This document shows positions 23,801 through 33,931 of a stretch of 64,000 nucleotides of DNA, piece after piece; the stretch's first letter is position 1, and every line of letters starts with the position of its first letter. The stretch lies in assembly GCA_964252035.1 (NCBI GenBank), contig OZ176201.1. One strand, given 5' to 3'. The notes beneath the pieces were generated by a model, which saw only the letters and a program-made list of their open reading frames with translations, searched no databases and was not told where the DNA came from. Origin of the DNA: Podarcis erhardii (Eukaryota). A program made the position numbers and the translations under genes.

Positions 23801-26800
23801 GAAGTCATGTGGTTGTTTTATCTGCACTATGCTGACTGACAAGGCCAAGGGCTCGGCTTTCCTCAAGCCAGATGATACTCTGACAGTTGTAATCCACAAA
23901 GGTAACTCAAGTCTCCTTCCCCCTGGCTTGAAAGGAAAGGCGCCTTTTGAGAGACCATCTTTATTCAAAGAGTCTCCATCTTGAAGGGAGATGATATTAG
24001 AAGTTTATGATGGAAGTAGTATGGCTGTTAACAGAACACTAGCAGTCATGGATATTGTAACAGAGGTCTGAGAAAGGCCTAGGTAGCAAATATATCTGCA
24101 AGGTAGATTTTTGAGGACATACGTCATAATTTTATTTTGTTTTCAACCTTCTCAACATAGTCATGGCTGTGTTTGCAAGGAAAAAACCCTTGTCTTGCGT
24201 TGACACCAGGTGGCTCCTGGCGGTAGCCATGTGTTCTAGCTCCTGAGCCCAAGTCTAGTTTGTCAGGTCAGGGAGTTAAGGTGCTGGGCATTTTTCTGGG
24301 GAAATACATTGAATGGAGTGTGTTATGTGACTTAAGTAAGAAAGGTAGTTGGTGCAGCATAAAACAGGATTCTGACAAAACCTGCTGTTGTGCAACATTC
24401 CAAAGAGAACCGAAAAAAGGATTTTACTCTAAGAAAACCTGCCTGATAGCATGCTAGGCCCAGTCGCGAGGCAACTTCACTGGGCATTTTTGCACTGCAA
24501 ACAGGTAAGTGTAGACACAGTCCTGAAGTGTCTTCCTGTGAAGATATCCTGATATGTGGGATGTTACCACAGCATGTTCACACAGTGAACTATGCGCATT
24601 TGTTAACGGCAAGGGATGGTTATAGCATTTCCTACGTAGAAGTGAATCCCATATAAGAATTTAGTTATATATTATATGAACCTGAGAGTTCTAAGGCAGG
24701 ATTCTGGCAGGAAAGAGGAACTCGGGTGGCTGAAACCAGTCCCAAACTTGATCCAGGAGCAGCCTTATACTAAGACAGAAAATTGCTCTATCTAAGCTAG
24801 TTTCACTATGTTAACAAGCCATGGTTCTTCATGGTCTTAGATGGAGGTCTTTCATATTTCCTGCTACCTGGTCAGGTTTTGCAGCAATCTCAACAGCAGA
24901 GATTCCAGCAGAAATTGATAAATGGCCCCTTATTGGCATTCTTCCCAACCCTGAAGTGGAGAACAAGGTGGAAAACTGTAAAGATCTATCTCAACTCCAA
25001 AGTTCTCTTTAGCCCTTTCTCTCTGTTATTGCCTTGTGTCCACCCACAACTTCATTGGACAGGTGTGGATACATCCACTCCCCATTCTCAATAACACCTA
25101 CATCTGTTTTCAAACAGAGACACTGTGGAGCAATGCAGAATCAATCGGCAATGAGCTTTTATCTTCAGAATGAAACCACTTGGTCAAGAAGTGATTTTCA
25201 GGGGAGAAAGATACATCTAGTGAACATTGGGCGAGCACGGCTGCAACAGTGAACATGGAGCATGTGCACAATTTCCTACAAGAAACCAATAGCTATGTAT
25301 GAAATTTGTCATGTATAAAAACGGCACTCAAAGTTTTGCTTGGAGGTTTGCATCAGAGGGGAGAAAATACAAATACAGAAAAGATGTTAACACTGTTAAA
25401 TGAATATTGAATTACTGAATATTCATAGCGGACACTGCATTTCCCCAGGTACATGATCCATCTTTTTCACTGCCGTGCTTTAAAAAACATGGAATGTCTG
25501 GTTTGAATAAACATTCAAGAATTGGCTCTAGCATTCCTGGCAAGAAAATGGTGTGTGTGCAAGGAATGCATGCACACTTTATTTGTGTGATTTTTCTAAC
25601 AGAATTTTTACAGAATATTTGTGGAATAGTTTGAGGGATTTTGTGATATGTATACAGGTGTTGGTGGGAACAGAGAATAAAAGAAGGGAAGTTGAAGTGG
25701 GCTGGAGCAGATAGGAATGACGAGAAGTGGAACAGGGTAGTACGTCATGGGGGATAAAGATGCATCTGGCACAGTGTCAAGGTACAAAGGTTTGTTTCAG
25801 CTTTGCAAAGTCACTTTGCATAATAGAACTCTGGTTTTCTAATCTTCCTGGCATATTGCAATATGCATCTACACTTGCAAGCTCTTTGGGATGGGCTGAG
25901 AAAAGGCTTTAAGGATTATTGGTTGTGGTTGTGGATTTTTTTTCTTTTGCAGTTGTCATGCAAACAGCTTCTCCTCCTCGTCTTCCTCTCAGTAGTATTC
26001 AAGGGCTACTGATTTCTGCACTAAGCACATGAACACATCAACAACCGAATCTGAAAGCAGAAAATCCAAATGCCCGTGTTTTGTGTTACTAAATTTAGTC
26101 TAGTTACAATATCTGGGGATTTGCACAGTACTGCTGCTATATTCTTCCCCAAATGATGAGTAGTTCCAGGGGCAATGCTACAAGGTTTAGCTTCCATTGG
26201 AAGAGAGAGCACTGGAAACTTATGGCACAATAGTAATATCTGCCTTGTTTATACAGCAGATGTACAAGCACAGTATACCGGTAAGTGGAGGTGAGCTGGC
26301 ATTCCAACAGCAGGCAGCAGATGCAGTACCCCATGCATCAGATTTCCAGAGAGCAGTTGTTGTATCTTTTTCTCTAAGAGTTTACCACAGTTTAATCAAT
26401 TTTAGCAAAAGGTTCAGTGATCTCTCTTCACCAAATCTGCAGTTCAATCCTACAAGTGCCTAGAAGTAAGGGCCACTGAGTTCAGGCTCAGACACTTTAG
26501 CCATAATGATAGATCAGTCAAAGTAATCAAAATGACAAAAATGCATAAGAATGCAGGGTGTTTTTTTAAAAAAGCAGTGGCTAAGATGGTGTAACGGAAG
26601 TTATGAAATGAGCAAAGGAGTTGTGAACTTTCCATTTGGATTGGCATGTGAAGGAGGATGGAGAATTGTAAAAGATACAGGTGGCCTTGGGGAGACTAAA
26701 CACACACTGAGATTCACACCCATCCAATATTGCACTTCGATGCTGTCACTTGTGATTTATCTTCTGAAAATATGGTGAAAAAGAGACGTAAAAGCCAAAT

Positions 26801-27952
26801 CAAAATATGATTTACTACTTATGCGGTGGTATTTAGTAAGGGCACTTCCAGTTTGTCAATTATTTTCGGGTGGGATTCAATTACATACCAGCAAATTCAG
26901 GTTGCATTAATATAGCAGTGTGCAGTAAATCCTCTTCCTCATAAGACTGGACTTTTTGCAATAAGGAAAGTGATGGGAAAATGCACTGGATGTGGGATTA
27001 CATCTGCTTTGACATCACTGTGAGCAAATCAGAATGAATGCTCATCAAATAGCCAATGTCACCTAATCTTTCCACAAACAAATCAAGCTGAATGCTCAAC
27101 AAACGGGTCATACTGTACCAAGTCAGGTAAGAACCTTTGAAAATTGAACAGTAATAAATTGCATATTGTTGGTGAAGCAGGGGGGTGCAGGAGCAGGTCA
27201 AGGATTTTAGGGTAAGCAAGTGCTACTGCTAGTGCAAAATGGCTGCTATAGATGTGGAATGCTATGAGTGATCGGTATGATGCCTTATATTTACTTTTAT
27301 CTTATGCTTTTAAAGAACCTTTAGAGTTGCTTTTGCTGGACAACAGTACATGGTGCCATTGATGGCAATGATGTACAGCCTAAGCCAGCAAATGTTTTAT
27401 TGAAAGTAAATCTCGATGAGGTCAATGGGATTTACTCTCAAGTAACTGTGCATAGGATAGCAGTGCAAGGATCCTTGTTGTAGGAAAAGCAAGAGTGTGC
27501 TGCAGTCTGGTTTTACCATTTTTAGAAACCAGAACATATGAGAATTACTTTCTTACACAAAACTCCTACACAACATACTGCTTGGAACTCGGCTTTCTGC
27601 TGCAACAAGAGGATGAAAACTCCATTGTATATTTGTTAATTTTTATGTGCAAGTCTTGCTCCTTTATGTAAGAACTGTTATTTAAATAAATCTGAATGTA
27701 TTGCCACTTTTTGAATATGGGAATTATTTCTGGGCGAAAAATACCAGGTCATAAAATGCAGTGGGATGAATAAATTTGGTACCAGAATAATTGGTTTTTG
27801 AATCTCCAAAAATGGAAGACTTTTTCAGAATTGCTTGAAGATCATGTGTTTAATTTTATCTTTTGAATATACACAACGTTTATATTTGCAATTTATATGG
27901 GGGGGGGGAATCCACTGCACTACTTCAATGCAGCTTACATCCAAATAACAGC

Positions 27953-28130
27953 ATAGGAAGCTGTAGGTCAGACTATTTGGCCCAGTATTCGCAAGTATTA
28001 GCTTTGTAGGTACAATTGCAGGCAGAACTCTGGACCATCATGGGCTGTTTGGTCCTTTGGAGATAAGAGATTGAACTTGGAACCTACAGCATGCAAAACA
28101 TAAATTATACCACTTAAAGTCCCTGCTGCC
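27953..28130 (-). mobile_element. Degenerate Squam3-like SINE
   Basis: 'cataggaagctg...gtcagac' tail and 'gattgaacttggaacctacagcatgcaaa' head, both in reverse orientation. Confidence 0.45.
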
Positions 28131-28793
28131 CTTAGAACTGCAACCTTAAATGCTCCACTTTGTTTATGCAGTGCAAAGGGGAGATCCCTGCTCTCAACGT
28201 TTTTATTTTTGTCATTATAATCAGGGTGACAGCACTGGCATAGCATAGCCAGGATTTATAGGGGGAGGGAGGATCAATGTTTTGGGGGGCAGAACTGAGC
28301 TATCTTTGATGTGTTTGGTCAGTTAGTTAAGCATTTTTATTTATTTACTTTATGGTAGGGTGCTGCCCACCTTGCCCACCCTTCACTACACCCAGGGGTG
28401 GCAGCTTCCTTGTGGCCTACTAAATGCTCATCATTGAAGACAATTTCTCTTAAGGCTAGGATTACTGTCCATGCAGTCAGAGGTCGCGTGTAAAGTCACA
28501 TTTCTTTGCACTCAACCTCCCTTGAGTGACAACGACATACTTCGTCCTTGTGATCGGGTCAGGGGGATCCATCCATGCACCTCACTCAACAGCAGCACTG
28601 GCTAGTGATGCCTTAGTCAAATGTGTTTTTGCCCCCTTTACATTCCCCCGATGGCTTCCCTTGGTGAGCCACCCTCCCCCTCCCGCACCTTAGCTGTCTG
28701 CACTAGGAGGGGTCCCTACTCTCTTCTTCCGAGCAGATGATGCCTTGGCTGAGATCGGTCCCTCACTCCCTGCCCCGAGGGCTGCCAGGAGCC

Positions 28794-28997
28794 CAGTGGC
28801 GTAGCGTGGGGGGTGCAGGGGGGGGGGCGGCCGCACCGGGCGCAACATCTGGGGTTAGGGCAAATCCACAGGTTAGGGGGCGCAAATCCACGGGTTAGGG
28901 GGCGCAAATCCACGGGTTAGGGGGCGCAAATCCACAGGTTAGGGGGCGCAAATTACTTGCCTTGCCCCGGGTGCTGACAACCCACGCTACGCCACTG
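28794..28997. mobile_element. 204-bp hAT-like (Tip100-type ends) MITE with an internal 22-bp tandem array
   Basis: 17-bp perfect TIR CAGTGGCGTAGCGTGGG. Perfect 8-bp TSD CAGGAGCC at 28786-28793 and 28998-29005. Units GGTTAGGGGGCGCAAATCCACR start at 28871, 28893 and 28915, with partial units on both sides. Confidence 0.95.
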
Positions 28998-30964
28998 CAG
29001 GAGCCGGCTCCTCCTCTCTCTGGGCTAGCAGGTGTGTCTCCCGGCAACCCTCGGAGGGGCTTGCCACGGAGGCCATGCTCCCCCGCCACCTCCTCGGTCC
29101 CACTGGTCTCTTTCGCAAGAGCCAGTAGGTAAGGCACGAACTGCCCTTTCAAGGGTGTCTTCCCTCCCCCTCCCCCCTCCTTTCCACTTTTGTGCTGCCG
29201 TTCCTGCTTCCTCCTTTCTTTCGGGTCAGAAGGAGGGTTTCTCCCGCTAGCTCTCCTAACGATAAGGTACCATTGCCCTCCAGCTCCTCCGAGGGCTTTG
29301 GAGCAGAGGCAAGGCTTGTGCTCCCAAACAGACGGCCCTCGTCTCCTCTTCCTGCCACCTTCAGGCTGCCTCTCCCCCCTCCCCATCTTGCAACCCCAGG
29401 CTAGTGGTGGGCGCTCTTTCCCGGCTCCCTTTTGCGGATCCCAGCCCCGCCGCCTTCCTGCTTGCATCCGGGGTTGCCGGCGCTGCAGATGCGCTCAGGG
29501 GCAGAAGCAGCCTCGGTTTTCTGCCAGATCCGGCGAGGAGGGCGCAGCCCGGCCCTGCGGTTGGCAAAAGCCACGTATAAGTTTGAAAGTCATGCCGCCC
29601 GTCGCCATGGCTAATCTTTGATCACCCTAACGCACCGACAAAGGCGTGCTGGCATTTAAAGGAACCCTGGCCCTCGCAAGTTTCAAGCCGTCTGTTCAGC
29701 GACAGCACAGAGAGGCGTTAACCCTGGATAGGATTCATAAGTAAATTGTTAAGCTGCCAACGGCGATTTCCGTCTTTGGTACGTATGTGTAAACAGGTGC
29801 CTTTTCGTGTTGCGGAGACATGTGGGGGGCATGAGAGGTCGGTCCATAAGGGAATGTTTCGTTAGCTGAAAAGTACGGTTATCGCCAAGTGGGACCAAAC
29901 ACACCCACACAGCAAAGGAGCAGCCCTTTGGTTTTCTGTTGATGCAACATCCATATGGAGGTCGTTGGGTCTGGCCTGTTCTGTGGGTTTACAGAGCGCT
30001 CGCTGGTGCTTAGCCAAATCCTTTCTGTCTCATTTGGTTTGCACCTTCTTGCAGTAAAAATTGGCACCTGGAAGAGATCGACAGTCTACCCCCAACGAGT
30101 CTTTTCTTCTTCACTCTTTCCGCACTCTCCCCAAAGTCCCCGCAGGAGAGGAAGCTTAGTATTTCCAGCAAAATGGCTTTTATCGAGGTATTCTCAAGAT
30201 CCTTGCAGTTTAAACTTCCTCATTGCCTCGAGCAGAGGCCGAAGGAGGAGGAGAAACATGAACTGTCATGGAAGGCGAAACGTACAACATGCTCCTGTGG
30301 GGTGACCTGAAATGAAAACTGTTCTTTAAAAAAGCATTAAAAAAAGCATTTTCTACCTGTCTCACGACTTAGACTAGGGTCAACCTCTCTCTTAACTTCG
30401 ATGCAGAGTTCTTCGAATACGTGGTCGCCTATATATGTTTAAGCGACCTATTCGAATAAAAACTCTGCATCTATATGTGCTGGTAAGTAAACCTTCACCT
30501 GTCTCTTTCTCTCTCACACACATACTTAATACATATATAAATATATATATATTTATGCATATATGTGTGTGTGATGCAGCTTTAATTTCCAGCACATAAA
30601 ACAAGCCAATCTTCAGTGAGCCCTTTAACCAATGATAAAACCTTAACATCTGCCATATTCAAAAATGGCTGTTTAAGCGAGGCCAACTATAATTTCACCT
30701 GTCACGGGAGTTTCCCCGACCTAAACCAACATGTCCGCCTTGGTTCGCTCTGAGGAAAAGAAAACTGCCCAAAACAAAGATGGCCACCGCGCCGAACAAT
30801 TTCTGCCCTCATCCAAAAGGGCTGCCGACTCCCGCAGTCCCTCTTCTGGCTTAGGGAGAGGCGGCCTAGCGGCTGAGGAGGAGAGGGAGGGGCGTGGCCG
30901 CTGCCAGAGAAGGGAGCGAGAGGGAGAGACGCGGGGGGGGGAGAGGCGTGGCTTCTCTGAACCG

Positions 30965-31503
30965 GAAGTGCCGCGCTGCCTGTCTCCAGCTGGTTGTCAT
31001 TTCGATCGGAGGCTCGGTCCTGTGGAGACGACGACGACGACGGTGGCGGCGGCGAAGGCGGCTGAGGCGGCCGGGCCGGAGTGGCGAACCGGCGGATCGA
31101 CAGAGTAGCCCAGCGCCTCGTGACTAAACAGGAGCCCCCCCCCCGGTCCACCCGCCCGAGAAACAGTTGTGTTACATGAGGGGAAAAGAACGACGCCGGG
31201 AGGAGCCGAGGCGGAGGAGAAGCAGCCGCAGCCTCAGCAGCAGCCGCCGCAGCCCCGGAGCATCAGCAGCGGGAGGAAAGGCAGGACCCCTGGGAGCCGC
31301 CACCGCCACCGCCGCCTCCCCCCTCGCCGCCTCCTCCTCCACCCTCCGGAGCCAGGCTTGATATTGCCCCTCCCTGCTCTTTCGCCACCCAGCGATCCTC
31401 GTGACCCTCCCTCCCTTGAGAAACCGGCTCCCATGGGGGAGAGAGGAGCCCGGCCCCCCGCCAGCGCCATCCCCTCCCCGCCGGAGACTGCGCCCCTCCT
31501 GAG
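30965..31503 (+). other. CPEB4: Putative non-coding first exon of CPEB4 (5'UTR), spliced to an acceptor at 32779/32780 or read through as a retained intron
   Basis: Donor-like GAG|GTAAAA at 31503/31504. Strong acceptor TTTTGTTTTTTCTTTCCAG|G ending at 32779, 27 nt before the ATG. Start position inferred. Confidence 0.5.
31176..31361 (+). other. Upstream ORF 1 in the CPEB4 leader (61 aa)
   Basis: ATG at 31176, stop ending at 31361 (frame of track ORF 31167..31361). Regulatory role inferred from known uORF control of mammalian CPEB4. Confidence 0.45.
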
Positions 31504-32806
31504 GTAAAAGTCCTTCTGCGGGGGTGGGGGTGAAATCCCTGCTCTCTTTCATTCTCTCCCCCCCCCTTCCGAGGGAGCAAGGGCGGCATCAGCCCTATAT
31601 ATTCCTCCTCACCTTCCCCCACCTTCGAAAGAGGTTCGTCTCTCTTCTCTCCAACCCTCCCCACCCCACCCCCCGCTTTCTAAATATTCTCAGTCCAAGG
31701 ATCTGAGCCCGATCTCTCCCCCCGCCCCGCTGTCGCACAATAAATTATTCTGCTGATGGCTTTAAAATGCCTAAACTCCGCTCGCCAGATATACTTATTT
31801 CAACCCCCCCCCACCCCGCCCCCCCCTCCAAACACTTGACTGCTGATTTTTCTGAGGTGAAAATTTTCCTCTGCAGGCAGCCAGGATTCATCTGAAGGAC
31901 ACACAAATATCGGATCATAATAGGAAGCGAGCTCGGAAAAGCAGCAACCAGGAACCCACCCAACCAGCGGCAGCAACAACAAGAATCCACCCTCCTCCTG
32001 CACAACTCAGTCCGTACACATACACACAACACGCAGTGAATGCAGATATCTAGAGATTAAAACAGGAACAAATCCTCGCACCCTCCCCTGCTTTATATGG
32101 AAAGGACTTGTCAGAAGGGCATCCGCATAGAGCATATTATACATATAGTCCTACAAGGCAAAGGCAGTAGCAGCACAGGTTGGGGGGGTGGGGAAAGCTC
32201 TCCTGTACAACTTGCTCCACCATTGAAATCTTGAGGTAAAAATTTCAGATTTTTAGCAGCAAAGACTGTTAGAATAGATCACAGATATATATTAGATTAT
32301 ATAGAATTTATTAAATTATTCCAGATTTAAATATATTTTTGGAGCTGTGAAGGAGTGAGGAGCACCAGATGTCTTGGTATTGTTTCCATTAATGTGTACA
32401 TGGGCAGGTTGAAGCGGCTGTTAAGGCAAAAAAGTTTTTTAAAAATCTTTTTAAAAAAGAATTCCCAGGAGCTTTCTTTCATCCCCACTTCATTCTTGTG
32501 CATTTCCTTTTAGAAAAAAGGGAAACCTCTTATTTTGTTAACCAAAGATTTACTTTCTATTCCTTCTGGATATTTGAAGGAAGTGAACACAAGTCTATCC
32601 ATGTCAATATTTTAAGTGATCTCATTAATAAGATTCCAGGAATAATATCCAAATCAGATATCTCAAGTGGGTAGGTGGGAAAGAAGGGGGAGGTGAAAGA
32701 TCTGTAGTAATTTTCAATAATCTTGCTTTAGTAGAAGAACAAAAACATTTTAAAGTTTTGTTTTGTTTTTTCTTTCCAGGCGGAATTAAAATCCTAAATA
32801 AAATAA

Positions 32807-33931
32807 ATGGGGGATTACGGGTTTGGCGTGTTAGTGCAAAACAACACCGGGAATAAGTCAGCTTTTCCAGTCAGATTTCATCCACATCTGCAGCCTCCGC
32901 ACCACCATCAAAATGCAACCCCCAGCCCCGCTGCTTTTATAAATAACACAGCTGCCAATGGCAGTAGTGCTGGGTCAGCTTGGCTCTTTCCTGCTCCAGC
33001 TGCCCATAACATTCAGGATGAGATTCTGGGGTCTGAAAAATCTAAAACTCAGCAACAGGAAAAGCAAGACTCCCTAGAAAAACAGCAGCTTTCCCCTAGT
33101 CAAAGTCAGGAAGCAGGCATGCTGCCTGAATCAGAGAAATCTAAATCTGAAGAAAACCAGGGGGATAATTCTTCCGAGAACGGCAATGGGAAGGAGAAAA
33201 TAAGAATAGAATCGCCAGTGTTAACAGGATTTGATTATCAAGAGGCTACAGGGCTGGGTACTTCAAGCCAGCCCTTGACATCTACAGCATCTTCTCTGAC
33301 TGGTTTCAGTAACTGGTCAGCAGCTATAGCTCCTTCTTCTTCAACAATAATCAATGAAGATGCGAGTTTCTTCCATCAGGGAGGGGTTCCTCCTGCTTCA
33401 GCTAATAATGGTGCTCTGCTGTTTCAGAATTTTCCACATCATGTCAGTCCTGGCTTTGGGGGTAGTTTTTCCCCTCAGATTGGACCCCTCTCTCAGCACC
33501 ACCCTCATCACCCCCATTTTCAGCACCATCACAATCAGCATCAACAACAGAGAAGGTCTCCTGCAAGCCCTCATCCACCTCCATTTACGCATAGAAATGC
33601 TGCTTTTAATCAACTGCCTCATCTTGCTAATAATCTTAACAAACCACCTTCTCCATGGAGCAGCTACCAAAGCCCATCACCTACACCGTCTTCTTCATGG
33701 AGTCCCGGTGGCGGTGGTGGATATGGTGGGTGGGGAGGGTCCCAAGGGCGAGACCACCGCAGGGGACTGAATGGAGGAATCACACCCCTGAACTCCATCT
33801 CACCCCTGAAGAAGAATTTCCCAAGTAATCATATCCAGTTGCAGAAGTATGCACGGCCCAGCTCCGCTTTTGCTCCAAAATCTTGGATGGAAGACAGTTT
33901 GAACAGAGCTGACAATATCTTTCCTTTTCAG
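32807..33931 (+). CDS. CPEB4: CPEB4 first coding exon (N-terminal low-complexity domain, 375 codons)
   Basis: MGDYGFGVLVQNNTGNKSAFPVRFHPHLQPPHHHQ...KSWMEDSLNRADNIFPFQ is near-identical to mammalian CPEB4 as recalled. Ends at phase-0 donor CAG|GTGAGA; 1125 nt. Confidence 0.98.

Larger units (their letters stand above)
28700..31750 (+). promoter_or_regulatory. CPEB4: CpG island / promoter region of CPEB4
   Basis: CpG-dense against a CpG-depleted background. CCAAT boxes at 30606 and 30629, YY1-like motifs at 30652-30789, and ETS/GABP ACCGGAAGTG at 30961-30970. Lies directly upstream of the CPEB4 ATG. TSS inferred near 30965. Confidence 0.75.

Noticed and set aside
28853-28953. CRISPR-like or telomeric array
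   Set aside because: The repeats are contiguous with no unique spacers and lie inside a TSD-flanked MITE in a vertebrate genome; TTAGGG is only part of the unit.
28716-32032. Many 60-190 aa ORFs on both strands around the promoter
   Set aside because: Low-complexity Pro/Arg/Gly/Ala products expected from stop-poor CpG-island DNA, with no recognisable domain. Only ATG-initiated leader ORFs were kept, as uORFs.
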